DNA of 35,171 nt, taken from the IMG/VR virus record IMGVR_UViG_3300025372_000524, positions 1-35,171 of that record. One strand, 5' to 3'. Numbering within the stretch: the stretch's first letter is position 1; each line of letters starts with the position of its first letter. The stretch is from a virus (lineage: Duplodnaviria > Caudoviricetes). The translations under genes and the position numbers were made by a program. Under the pieces are notes generated by a model. The model had not been told where the DNA came from, did not search any database, and saw nothing but the letters and a program-made list of their open reading frames with translations. This document shows, piece after piece, positions 1 through 7,745 of this stretch.

Positions 1-168
1 ATCTAATTCTTGTGCTATTTCACAATATTCTTTATAACTCATATTATTTACTAATGCCATCATATGAAGTACCTTTAACGCATATGCTTTTGCTTCCCAA
101 TGCTGGTTACCGCCATACGATAATGTATATGAATTAAATAATTCCTGTGCTATTTCTCTTGGTGTCAT
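1..168 (-). CDS. Hypothetical phage protein, partial (runs off window edge); MTPxExAxEL family
   Basis: Not in ORF track; my translation from ATG at 168: MTPREIAQELFNSYTLSYGGNQHWEAKAYALKVLHMMALV..., open to position 1; start overlaps the stop of the upstream gene. Confidence 0.7.
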   Translation of the reverse strand, partial: MTPREIAQELFNSYTLSYGGNQHWEAKAYALKVLHMMALVNNMSYKEYCEIAQELD

Positions 169-368
169 AATGCTTCTATTTCTTTTGTAACTTCTAACCA
201 AAATTCGGTTTCTTGTGAGTCTTTTCGTAATTCCTGTAGTGCTATTAACGTACATTGCCTGGCGAATTCTTTCATCGATACTCCTCTTGTGAAGTCTCTA
301 CCTAATTGCTCATACTTGTTGTATAGCTCTAATGCTTTTTCTTTTGCTGCTGCTTGAAATGCATCCAT
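165..368 (-). CDS. Hypothetical phage protein (KEKAxEL...A.QC.LIA..E...W.EV..EIE.L family)
   Basis: ORF track 165..395; ATG at 368 (MDAFQAAAKEKALEL) preferred because it avoids overlap with the phosphoesterase stop at 373. Confidence 0.7.
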   Translation of the reverse strand: MDAFQAAAKEKALELYNKYEQLGRDFTRGVSMKEFARQCTLIALQELRKDSQETEFWLEVTKEIEAL

Positions 369-372
369 ATGT

Positions 373-1059
373 TTATAATTTAAATATATTACCAAATGAT
401 ATTAATCCATAGTTGAACTTTCCATCCTCTACACATGCTGCGTTAGAGAACTTTGTGTTCGGTAGTTTACTGTAAGTACTAACTCCTTGATTTTCAATAT
501 CCTTGCAGTTATGTATATGTCCAAATAGTACTAGTTTTGGCTTTACTCTCATTACAGCCGTTACGAGAGCTTTATCACCGCACATCTCTAAATCGTTATC
601 TCTATTATAAGATAAATCACGTACACCTTTAGGAGGTCCGTGTACAATTAGTATGTCTGTATCATCTGGAATAGTATCCCATACAAAATGTGTTTTGTCT
701 CTAGCTTTCATAAAAGACCAATCACCAAACGTAGGTGTGATAGGAGATCCCCATATCTTTAGTCCTTCTATCTCAATAGACTCATTCTCTAGGTAGATAA
801 TATCTTTTAACAGCATATCAGAATGCTCTATTTTTTTTCTAGCTATAGCCGTATCATGGTTACCTGCTACAAGTATTTTGTACTTAACAGGAACCTTTCC
901 ATACCATTCTAAAAACTCTGTTATTTCTCTTTTAGAAGACTCTAGGAATGGACTATTAGAACAGTCACCACTATGTATCACCATATCTATTCCTTCAAAT
1001 CTCTCTTTAGGAAATAGATCATGCATACCGTGAGTATCACTTATGTGTAAAATTGTCAT
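373..1059 (-). CDS. Calcineurin-like metallophosphoesterase (MPPED/239FB-like)
   Basis: All five motifs present: SDTH, HSGD, AGNHD, VHGPP, FGHIH. Confidence 0.93.
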   Translation of the reverse strand: MTILHISDTHGMHDLFPKERFEGIDMVIHSGDCSNSPFLESSKREITEFLEWYGKVPVKYKILVAGNHDTAIARKKIEHSDMLLKDIIYLENESIEIEGLKIWGSPITPTFGDWSFMKARDKTHFVWDTIPDDTDILIVHGPPKGVRDLSYNRDNDLEMCGDKALVTAVMRVKPKLVLFGHIHNCKDIENQGVSTYSKLPNTKFSNAACVEDGKFNYGLISFGNIFKL

Positions 1060-1064
1060 ATTAA

Positions 1065-1307
1065 TTATTTTAAAAGTTCATCTAAGTCGATTGAATTATC
1101 AGACATAATCTCATATAGCTTATCTCTAGTCTCTTGTAGAGCGTCGTATACTTCTTTAGGCATTGAATCAGGAGCATGTTTAATTTGACTTCTCAAATAC
1201 TGATCCATATCCCATAATGCTATAGCTAGCTTAGTTGACTTAACAGCTCTTATATAGGCTGCTTCATCAGCTGAATCGTTTAGGTTAAAAATTAAGTGTC
1301 CTTCCAT
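1065..1307 (-). CDS. Hypothetical phage protein
   Basis: 80-aa ORF tiled in the operon. Confidence 0.75.
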   Translation of the reverse strand: MEGHLIFNLNDSADEAAYIRAVKSTKLAIALWDMDQYLRSQIKHAPDSMPKEVYDALQETRDKLYEIMSDNSIDLDELLK

Positions 1308-1308
1308 A

Positions 1309-1677
1309 TTAATTTGTTTTTAATTCATCTGGAACTTGAGGACATTCTTGATACTCCCACCACTCTGATCCATCGTACTCACCTCTTTCATACCACGTAC
1401 CTTCTTCTGCAAGCCATACTGTACCAGATAGTTCTTGTATTCCATATCCACTATCGTATTCAAAGTCTAATTTTTTTAAGAACTCTTCATACTCTGCTAC
1501 AGAATAGCCTTCCTTTAATATGATAGCTTCTTTTTGAGTATAGTTATTGTGATCATCCCAATAGCCTTCATCCCTTTTAATGATCGCACATTTTATAGGA
1601 ATAGGTCTACCTTTTACTTTTTCGAGTCCTACAAGATGTCTTAACAACTCAACTTGAGCATTTGTTCTACCTGACAT
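1309..1677 (-). CDS. Hypothetical phage protein (YDSGYG.QEL.GTVW...W.ERGEYDGSEWW family)
   Basis: 122-aa ORF with an aromatic/acidic motif that I recall from phage hypothetical proteins; function unknown. Confidence 0.8.
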   Translation of the reverse strand: MSGRTNAQVELLRHLVGLEKVKGRPIPIKCAIIKRDEGYWDDHNNYTQKEAIILKEGYSVAEYEEFLKKLDFEYDSGYGIQELSGTVWLAEEGTWYERGEYDGSEWWEYQECPQVPDELKTN

Positions 1678-1682
1678 AACTT

Positions 1683-1949
1683 TTATTTTTTAACTGGTGC
1701 TTTAAAATTATCCTTTAACCAATCCATATAAGCTCTAACGTGTAAAGCCTTAATAGATTCTTTGTATTCTGATGTAGTTGTAAACTCATCCCATAAACTA
1801 CCCCAATCATCTACTTCATCCTCTCTTTCAATAATCCTTCTTGGAATGTTATACCCTGCAATATCGTTATATTGAGCTTCACTACAATCTTCCCAATCTA
1901 ATTCACTAGTTGGATCTTCTTTTATAGAGTACTGATAGATTTTTTGCAT
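1683..1949 (-). CDS. Hypothetical protein
   Basis: 88-aa ORF directly downstream of a putative early promoter. Confidence 0.75.
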   Translation of the reverse strand: MQKIYQYSIKEDPTSELDWEDCSEAQYNDIAGYNIPRRIIEREDEVDDWGSLWDEFTTTSEYKESIKALHVRAYMDWLKDNFKAPVKK

Positions 1950-1965
1950 AATTTTTATTTATATC

Positions 1966-1999
1966 ATAAAGATCACTAGTATTTTTTATACTAGCAACT
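1966..1999 (-). promoter_or_regulatory. Putative early promoter, Bacteroidota sigma-like (-33 TTG / -7 TAnnTTTG-type)
   Basis: Minus strand AGTTG-N20-GATCTTTAT upstream of ATG 1949; same spacing at 4963-4996 and 10638-10671. Confidence 0.6.
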
Positions 2000-2333
2000 A
2001 TTTCCAAAATACTTGTACTGCTATAATTGTTAAGGCTAATCCTAAACATACCAAAGTCTTAGGGGTAGGTAATTCCTTAACAAGTAACCAACTCATCAAC
2101 GTAAACACAACAATACCAACCCCAAACCCAATAAGTCTACCAGGCCAGTTTGCATTGAAATGTTCATTCATTATCCTAGTTGAATAAATAAAGATTAAGG
2201 AAATAGGTAAGCCAAGTAGCATCATCACTAAAGGATTGTCTTTTGGAAACTTCCAAACTGTCTGTCCTTGTAACTGTATAAACGATAATACTTGGCCTAC
2301 CAAACCTAATAAAAGAGCGTAGACTACTTTCAT
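1998..2333 (-). CDS. Small multi-pass (about 4 TM) membrane protein, SMR/DMT-like topology
   Basis: Four hydrophobic stretches in 111 aa. Confidence 0.7.
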   Translation of the reverse strand: MKVVYALLLGLVGQVLSFIQLQGQTVWKFPKDNPLVMMLLGLPISLIFIYSTRIMNEHFNANWPGRLIGFGVGIVVFTLMSWLLVKELPTPKTLVCLGLALTIIAVQVFWK

Positions 2334-2575
2334 TATATAAGGGATGCTAAGTTAGATCCTATATTTTTTCTCTTGTCGTACTCTTCTTTAGTCTCTACGT
2401 TAGTGATTACTGTAAAGCGGGCTGGATATAATCCTACTACTCTATCTGCCGTGAGATTCTCATCAAAGGATATAAATACAATACTCTCTCCTTGGAACTC
2501 CATACGATCTGCCCATACACCTCTTTCTAAATTGTCTTTGTCTTGTTGTAAGACGATTACTCTATATAATTTCAT
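2333..2575 (-). CDS. Hypothetical protein
   Basis: 80-aa ORF; TAATG coupling to the next gene. Confidence 0.75.
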   Translation of the reverse strand: MKLYRVIVLQQDKDNLERGVWADRMEFQGESIVFISFDENLTADRVVGLYPARFTVITNVETKEEYDKRKNIGSNLASLI

Positions 2576-2577
2576 AA

Positions 2578-2880
2578 TTAATTATTTTCTTCTTCTTCGT
2601 CCCATGAATAATCTTCGATAAGATCTGGATCAGTATCATCTACAATTTTATCTAACTTAGAGTGGTAATCAGAAAACTTTGAACAAGCCTTTCCGATTTC
2701 AAAAGCCACCTGCCCTAGACTTTTTTCTGTATTAAAGGTATCATCTAAGATCCACATAATAGAACCAAAATCGGATCTAAGATCATTTAATTCCTGCCAT
2801 TGCTCTTTGGTTAAAACTATTTGCTTAACTTCTTTTACCTTAGGTGCAGCTTTCTTAGCTGCTCTTTTTTTGATTGCCAT
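2578..2880 (-). CDS. Hypothetical protein with basic Lys/Ala-rich N-terminus and acidic C-terminus
   Basis: ORF track 2578..2955; ATG at 2880 (MAIKKRAAKKAAPK) preferred to minimise overlap. Confidence 0.7.
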   Translation of the reverse strand: MAIKKRAAKKAAPKVKEVKQIVLTKEQWQELNDLRSDFGSIMWILDDTFNTEKSLGQVAFEIGKACSKFSDYHSKLDKIVDDTDPDLIEDYSWDEEEENN

Positions 2881-3175
2881 GGTTTTTGTTTTTTGGTTTG
2901 TAATATTTTCTTTTTGGTTTAGGTTTCTCTTCGTAGTGCTCTCCAGTATTGCCATTCTGTCCTATAACATCCATTCTCTTATTAGCCTCAGCCTCATCGA
3001 ATAGTGTATCGTAGTTCTTTACTACCGGACTTACGTTTTTCCAAGCATACTCATCCTCAGGCTCATTAAAGTCTTCGTCTAATCCATCATACTCTTGTAA
3101 AGCCTTGATAACTCTATCAAGCTTTGCTTCCATACTATCTATTTTAGCTAGTATCCTATTTAATTGTTTTTCCAT
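2855..3175 (-). CDS. Hypothetical protein with N-terminal coiled coil
   Basis: 106-aa ORF; heptad-like LNRILAKIDSMEAKLDRVIKAL. Confidence 0.7.
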   Translation of the reverse strand: MEKQLNRILAKIDSMEAKLDRVIKALQEYDGLDEDFNEPEDEYAWKNVSPVVKNYDTLFDEAEANKRMDVIGQNGNTGEHYEEKPKPKRKYYKPKNKNHGNQKKSS

Positions 3176-3176
3176 A

Positions 3177-3467
3177 TTATTTTTCTACTATAACTACTTT
3201 TCCTTCCATTATACCAAGGCTTGATTTTTCTTTAAAGTAATAAACAGAAGGCGCAGTAGTATCCTTTTTAGTTAATAGCCATAAATCGGTTGCTCCTTTT
3301 TCTCCTTTCCAAGTTATATTTACTAAACGAATACCTGGTTCTAGTTGAATAGTTTCCGTTCCGCCCCATACTCTAGCTCTATTGTTTTCTGTACAGCTTG
3401 TTAAGGCTAACGTAAACATAAGAACTACTACTGTAATTATAAACTTTGCTACTGTTGATGCTTTCAT
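3177..3467 (-). CDS. Putative lipoprotein
   Basis: Basic N-terminus, hydrophobic core, lipobox-like LALTSC. Confidence 0.75.
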   Translation of the reverse strand: MKASTVAKFIITVVVLMFTLALTSCTENNRARVWGGTETIQLEPGIRLVNITWKGEKGATDLWLLTKKDTTAPSVYYFKEKSSLGIMEGKVVIVEK

Positions 3468-3473
3468 ATTATT

Positions 3474-3809
3474 TTAATTTGTTTTAAAATATCTTTCAAT
3501 TACTACACCACTTAATTTATAGTGGTTGTGTTTGTTATTTACAAGTATGTCAACCCTATTATGAAATCTTCTATTCATAAGATCCTCTACTCTGTAGATT
3601 CCATTAAACTTACTACTATTTTTTATTCTAACCAAACTATGGATAGGAAATTGTTTAAGTAAATCCCTACTTATGGCAATTACCTTACCTACTTTCTTTT
3701 GATTAGCTAAATGATACCCACATGCAAACTTAACACAATCTTTTCCATTCTCTTTTGGATCAAGAGTGTAGGTTGTTAACATAACTGTTGCCGCAACTAA
3801 TAGTATCAT
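3474..3809 (-). CDS. 3D/RlpA-like double-psi beta-barrel domain protein (putative peptidoglycan-active)
   Basis: Motifs IAISRDLL, YRVEDLMN, RVDILV match the 3D (three-Asp) domain pattern; short hydrophobic N-terminus. Confidence 0.7.
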   Translation of the reverse strand: MILLVAATVMLTTYTLDPKENGKDCVKFACGYHLANQKKVGKVIAISRDLLKQFPIHSLVRIKNSSKFNGIYRVEDLMNRRFHNRVDILVNNKHNHYKLSGVVIERYFKTN

Positions 3810-3820
3810 ACTATTTCTTT

Positions 3821-4147
3821 TTAGCTTTTATTTGTTTTACTATTGCTTGTACTAGCCAGTAATTCATATTTATCTTTTATTTCTTTACAATCGTGGCAAT
3901 ATAGATCTTGAGTTAATCCCACTGTGATAATAACATGACATTCGTGACACAAAGTAGCACCATACCCTCCATTAAACTTATGGATAGGTTTTCTCAATAC
4001 TAAATCATCGTTATGTTCTAGGATGTTTGCTATGGAGTATACAATTTCTTTAGGACCAAACTGACTTTTCCAGTCTAGGTCTTCTGTTACTTTGTCCACC
4101 CACTCCATATAGAGTTTGTATAACTCTTCTTTGTTTATTGATATCAT
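3821..4147 (-). CDS. Hypothetical protein with C-terminal CxxC...CxxC Zn finger
   Basis: PIHKFNGGYGATLCHECHVII...YCHDC. Confidence 0.7.
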   Translation of the reverse strand: MISINKEELYKLYMEWVDKVTEDLDWKSQFGPKEIVYSIANILEHNDDLVLRKPIHKFNGGYGATLCHECHVIITVGLTQDLYCHDCKEIKDKYELLASTSNSKTNKS

Positions 4148-4162
4148 AACTATTATTGTTTA

Positions 4163-4195
4163 GAAAGTAAAGGTCCGACTATTTCTAATCGGACC
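4163..4195 (-). terminator. Probable intrinsic terminator / stable hairpin
   Basis: Minus strand GGTCCGATTA-GAAA-TAGTCGGACC followed by TTTACTTTC, just after the stop at 4214. Confidence 0.65.
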
Positions 4196-4213
4196 CAACT
4201 TTTTCTAAAACTT

Positions 4214-4411
4214 TTAAGCGTATCTTGCGACTGCTTGAAAGTGGTAAGTAACTGTACCATTCTGAAGAACTGATACACCACCTAATGGTTGCCATCCTCT
4301 TTCTAATAGGAAGTTTACTTCTTCTACTAAAGAAAGCATATCAGGTTTAGCTACGATTGCGTACTGCTTTGCTGATTTGTCTGAAACTACTGTTGCTGTT
4401 TCTTTTGCCAT
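4214..4411 (-). CDS. DUF1737-like small protein
   Basis: VNFLLERGWQPLGGVSV...YHFQAV pattern recognised from memory of the family. Confidence 0.7.
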   Translation of the reverse strand: MAKETATVVSDKSAKQYAIVAKPDMLSLVEEVNFLLERGWQPLGGVSVLQNGTVTYHFQAVARYA

Positions 4412-4445
4412 AATTATAACTGTTTATTGAAATGTACTAAATAAT

Positions 4446-4928
4446 TCACACTTTAGCAAGTTTTTGCTTTTCTTTTTTCTTTGCGTAACTTGCCTCTTGA
4501 GCTTCTCTCTTTTCTTTAAGGTAATCCCCTTCTGAGGTTCCTTTCTTACCGCCTACTAAAAAATACGCCTTTAGTAAGCCAGGCTTGTATTTGTATACTT
4601 CTTTTGGAAACGCTATACGTAATTCTTTTGCTATTCTAAAGGATTCTTCTATGGTTGTAGCTCTACATTCGGTATACCCATTATACTGCTTCATTCCGGT
4701 AATATTTGGTGGAACCATTATACCCATTAATTTTTCATATAAGTATATTTCTCCTTTATTAAGGAAAGCTGACCACGGTATGTAGGTTTCATAACCCTCT
4801 TTTATAGCTGTACCCCAGTAGCCCTTTTTTCTTAAATACTCTTGAGTATGTCTGCGATCAGCATCACCTTGGTTAGAAAAACCCGGCTTGCTAATTACAA
4901 TAGGATCCTCACGCTTTAAATTTTCCAT
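4446..4928 (-). CDS. Hypothetical protein (putative early gene)
   Basis: 160-aa ORF downstream of a putative early promoter. Confidence 0.75.
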   Translation of the reverse strand: MENLKREDPIVISKPGFSNQGDADRRHTQEYLRKKGYWGTAIKEGYETYIPWSAFLNKGEIYLYEKLMGIMVPPNITGMKQYNGYTECRATTIEESFRIAKELRIAFPKEVYKYKPGLLKAYFLVGGKKGTSEGDYLKEKREAQEASYAKKKEKQKLAKV

Positions 4929-4962
4929 AACTTGTTTGTTGTTTTAAAAATATGTGTTTACT

Positions 4963-4996
4963 GTAAATATACAAATTGTTTTTGATACTACCAACT
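4963..4996 (-). promoter_or_regulatory. Putative early promoter, Bacteroidota sigma-like
   Basis: Minus strand AGTTG-N20-TATATTTAC upstream of ATG 4928. Confidence 0.65.
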
Positions 4997-5251
4997 TTAG
5001 ATCATATAAATTGGAGTTTGATCTCCGATCCAAGCATTAAATACGTTGTAGTCTAAATATTCTAGAGCTTCTTCTTCTTCCATGTTCTCAGCTTCCATTA
5101 GTATCTCTACCATTTCATCTGCATCGTAGATTACTCTGTAGCTCTTGGAGTCTATTCCTAGAATGGCATCGTCATAACCATCTACGGTTACTAACTCAAC
5201 ACCATCTCCTATCAAATCTCCATACTCTTCTAATAGTTCTTCTTTTGTCAT
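4997..5251 (-). CDS. Acidic hypothetical phage protein (DGYDDAILG...EEALEY..YN...AWIG..TPIY family)
   Basis: 84-aa ORF; motif I recognise from phage hypothetical proteins. Confidence 0.8.
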   Translation of the reverse strand: MTKEELLEEYGDLIGDGVELVTVDGYDDAILGIDSKSYRVIYDADEMVEILMEAENMEEEEALEYLDYNVFNAWIGDQTPIYMI

Positions 5252-5275
5252 ATACTTGTTTTAATTTTAGTGTCT

Positions 5276-5308
5276 AAAAAGAAAAACCTACCGAAGTAGG
5301 TTCTCTTT
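5276..5308 (-). terminator. Intrinsic terminator with C(UUCG)G tetraloop
   Basis: Minus strand AACCTAC-TTCG-GTAGGTT followed by TTTCTTTTT, downstream of stop 5323. Confidence 0.85.
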
Positions 5309-5322
5309 CTGGGGGCGTGTGT

Positions 5323-6003
5323 TTATTTGTGTAGCGTCATATAAGTAAGTCCACCTATGATAACATAGAATCCTATCTTCTGGAACTTAGACTTTAATTG
5401 AAGCTTCTTATTCTGAATCTGTAATTGATTGTACTGATTAGTCCAACCAGTAATTTCAGTATCCTTATTTGTAATTATAAGTTTGTACTTAGCTTCTTTA
5501 GAAACATACTTACCTATAATACTATCTTTGTTTATTAGTCTAGCTTCATCAAGAGTTATAATACTATCCTTAATTGGTATGATCTTTCTATCGCCATCTA
5601 ACTCTACTAGATCCTTAGCTGCTAGAACTAATACTGGTTGAGCTATTGGTAAAGGTCTTGTTACTGTATCTTGAGGATAACGGCTATTATAGAAGTGTAC
5701 TATTCCTATATCAGATAAACCATCTATTCGCTTCTTAGAAGAATCAATATACTTGATTACAGTATGAACTGCATCCTTCTGATTCTCTACTGCAGCAAGT
5801 AAACTAGTCTCAACTACTTGCATAGAATCAATTTGCTTAGTTTCTTTTACAATCTCTACTTTAAGAGAATCATTCTCTTTATGTAAACTATCGATTGTTT
5901 GTTTAAAGACTACGTTACTAGGTCCTGATAGTTGTCTGAATAATTCGTACCCTGTTCCTACAATTGCTATAATGATAATAGCATAGACTAAAAGCTTCTT
6001 CAT
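5323..6003 (-). CDS. Membrane-anchored coiled-coil protein (possibly spanin-like)
   Basis: N-terminal TM (LLVYAIIIIAIVG), long coiled coil with repeated [I/K]DS[L/I] units, C-terminal hydrophobic tail. Confidence 0.6.
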   Translation of the reverse strand: MKKLLVYAIIIIAIVGTGYELFRQLSGPSNVVFKQTIDSLHKENDSLKVEIVKETKQIDSMQVVETSLLAAVENQKDAVHTVIKYIDSSKKRIDGLSDIGIVHFYNSRYPQDTVTRPLPIAQPVLVLAAKDLVELDGDRKIIPIKDSIITLDEARLINKDSIIGKYVSKEAKYKLIITNKDTEITGWTNQYNQLQIQNKKLQLKSKFQKIGFYVIIGGLTYMTLHK

Positions 6004-6004
6004 T

Positions 6005-6319
6005 TTATTTTATTGGTGTTATTTGATCTGCTGCTAATTTTTGATACCCAACTCCATTATCCCTTTCCTCTTCCTCAATGTACCCAGTATTATCTGCATC
6101 CCATTGTTGAAGATGTGTTAAGTGATTGCTAATAGTATCGTTTTTAACTAACTTACCAGTTTTTGGATCATATTCATTCTCGTTAGCTGTGTCAGCTCCG
6201 TTGAATCCTATATACCAATCCGCATCACTTCCGTGCATGTTGGAACTCTTTACATCCCAATCCTGCACTTCTTTGGCTAGTTTCTCTACGATCTTACGTA
6301 CTAATAAGGAGTTGCTCAT
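6005..6319 (-). CDS. Hypothetical protein (putative late gene)
   Basis: 104-aa ORF preceded by AACTATTTATTA. Confidence 0.75.
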   Translation of the reverse strand: MSNSLLVRKIVEKLAKEVQDWDVKSSNMHGSDADWYIGFNGADTANENEYDPKTGKLVKNDTISNHLTHLQQWDADNTGYIEEEERDNGVGYQKLAADQITPIK

Positions 6320-6323
6320 ATAC

Positions 6324-6335
6324 TAATAAATAGTT
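6324..6335 (-). promoter_or_regulatory. Putative late-promoter motif AACTATTTATTA
   Basis: 4 nt upstream of ATG 6319; motif recurs before several other genes. Confidence 0.65.
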
Positions 6336-6597
6336 AGAATCTCTTTGCTAACTGAATAATGGGATGTATGTCTTCGTTTGATAAGGAGTAATAGGCAGCA
6401 GCTAGCTTACGGAGAGCTTCTTGAAAATCATGTCCATCTACGGATTTTGACTCTATTTCAGGACCTACTTCATACCCACCCTTACGTAAAAGCCTAGCCA
6501 TCTCCTTCTTTTCACTTTCATCCATTTCTTCGTAGAATTCATCTACGTCAATATTCATTTCAACGTCTACATACTGATCTTCTGAAAAATGAGGCAT
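6334..6597 (-). CDS. Hypothetical protein
   Basis: 87-aa acidic ORF. Confidence 0.75.
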   Translation of the reverse strand: MPHFSEDQYVDVEMNIDVDEFYEEMDESEKKEMARLLRKGGYEVGPEIESKSVDGHDFQEALRKLAAAYYSLSNEDIHPIIQLAKRF

Positions 6598-6602
6598 ATA
6601 AT

Positions 6603-6725
6603 TTATTTACTTTTTAATAGTGCTATAATAAGTGTAATAGTGGATATAAGCAAAGCTATATCAACTTTGCTGATACCTTTCTTTTGCATCCAAGCATACA
6701 CTTTATCTAATAGTTTCTCTTTCAT
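6603..6725 (-). CDS. Small membrane protein, 40 aa (not in ORF track)
   Basis: My translation MKEKLLDKVYAWMQKKGISKVDIALLISTITLIIALLKSK*; fills the gap between neighbouring genes. Confidence 0.6.
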   Translation of the reverse strand: MKEKLLDKVYAWMQKKGISKVDIALLISTITLIIALLKSK

Positions 6726-6726
6726 A

Positions 6727-7041
6727 TTAATTAAAGTCTGGTTGAGTTCCTAAACTAACTACAGGATTAACAGCATACTTCACTAATGTTTGATCTCCTT
6801 CGTTTGTGGACTTTCTAATAAAGCCTCCTGTGCTTGTCTTGTCATTTACTCCTGCAAACATCTCATGTGTGGATTCAGGATACTCTCTTGTGTAGTCTTC
6901 GTACGTTAATACTTTTTCAATCTTACCTATTAAAAAACCTTCTCCTACTTTAGGATGAAGATCAGTATGGGTATCATACCATACATCGCTTACCAATACG
7001 TAAGCTCTCTTAGAGTTTAAATGTAAAATTTCATGCTTCAT
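6727..7041 (-). CDS. Hypothetical protein (putative early gene)
   Basis: 104-aa ORF downstream of a TATCTTTAT element. Confidence 0.75.
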   Translation of the reverse strand: MKHEILHLNSKRAYVLVSDVWYDTHTDLHPKVGEGFLIGKIEKVLTYEDYTREYPESTHEMFAGVNDKTSTGGFIRKSTNEGDQTLVKYAVNPVVSLGTQPDFN

Positions 7042-7055
7042 AACTTATTTGTTTG

Positions 7056-7072
7056 TTTATATCATAAAGATA
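7056..7072 (-). promoter_or_regulatory. Putative early promoter -7 element
   Basis: TATCTTTATGATATAAA; 16 nt (tttatatcataaagat) identical to 1958-1973; no TTG at the 20-nt spacing. Confidence 0.55.
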
Positions 7073-7087
7073 CAAACTTTATTTGAA

Positions 7088-7678
7088 TTAAATACCAGCA
7101 TCTCGAAATATTTTGAAATATTTTTCTTCTAATACCTCATAATTCATTCTAAAGGTAGCAGGCATCTTTTTCCAAACGTCAGGATTTCTTGAAGGAGAAT
7201 TTTCTGGGTGACACCAGCGACGGGTGTAGTATAAGTAATTATAAAATTGTATGTAGGCATTTGCCTTCTGAGTATAGATCTTTGTATTGATAGGAAGATC
7301 CCATTTCTTAATTAGCTTTACTGATCTCTTTTCATTATCTAGTTCTAGATCTCTAGTTACAGCTAAAGCCTTTTCTATGTTAGGCATATCTTCACCATTC
7401 AACCAATCATCTATATTATCTATATCGTAGGAGTCTTTCCACTCTTTGCATTGATCTATCCACTGTGTTAAGTGAGCATACTCGTGGACTAAAGTCATTA
7501 ACCAATTTAAATCATTCTTAGCAACAGCTAGTTCTTTAATATCATCCGGCTCACAGTATCCAACACATCTAATATTATCAGGAGTACGTACAGTCTTTGT
7601 TGGCTTAAGCGTGAACTTAATCCCATGTGCTCGGCACTCAGATCTAACATGCTTAACAAAAGTATCTACGCTATCCAT
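7088..7678 (-). CDS. Zincin-like HEXXH protein (putative metallopeptidase)
   Basis: TLVHEYAHLTQW plus downstream LELDNE as candidate third ligand. Confidence 0.65.
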   Translation of the reverse strand: MDSVDTFVKHVRSECRAHGIKFTLKPTKTVRTPDNIRCVGYCEPDDIKELAVAKNDLNWLMTLVHEYAHLTQWIDQCKEWKDSYDIDNIDDWLNGEDMPNIEKALAVTRDLELDNEKRSVKLIKKWDLPINTKIYTQKANAYIQFYNYLYYTRRWCHPENSPSRNPDVWKKMPATFRMNYEVLEEKYFKIFRDAGI

Positions 7679-7681
7679 AAA

Positions 7682-7714
7682 GAAAGTATAACATTAAAAA
7701 ACCAATCTTCCAAA
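7682..7714 (-). promoter_or_regulatory. Possible early promoter immediately after the terminator
   Basis: Minus strand TTTG-N20-TATACTTTC, 3 nt upstream of ATG 7678; weaker -7 match. Confidence 0.4.
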
Positions 7715-7715
7715 T

Positions 7716-7740
7716 AAAAAAAGCCTCCTTTCGGAGGCTT
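7716..7740 (-). terminator. Intrinsic terminator with GAAA tetraloop
   Basis: Minus strand AAGCCTCC-GAAA-GGAGGCTT followed by a T run, 5 nt after stop 7746. Confidence 0.9.
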
Positions 7741-7745
7741 CTGTT

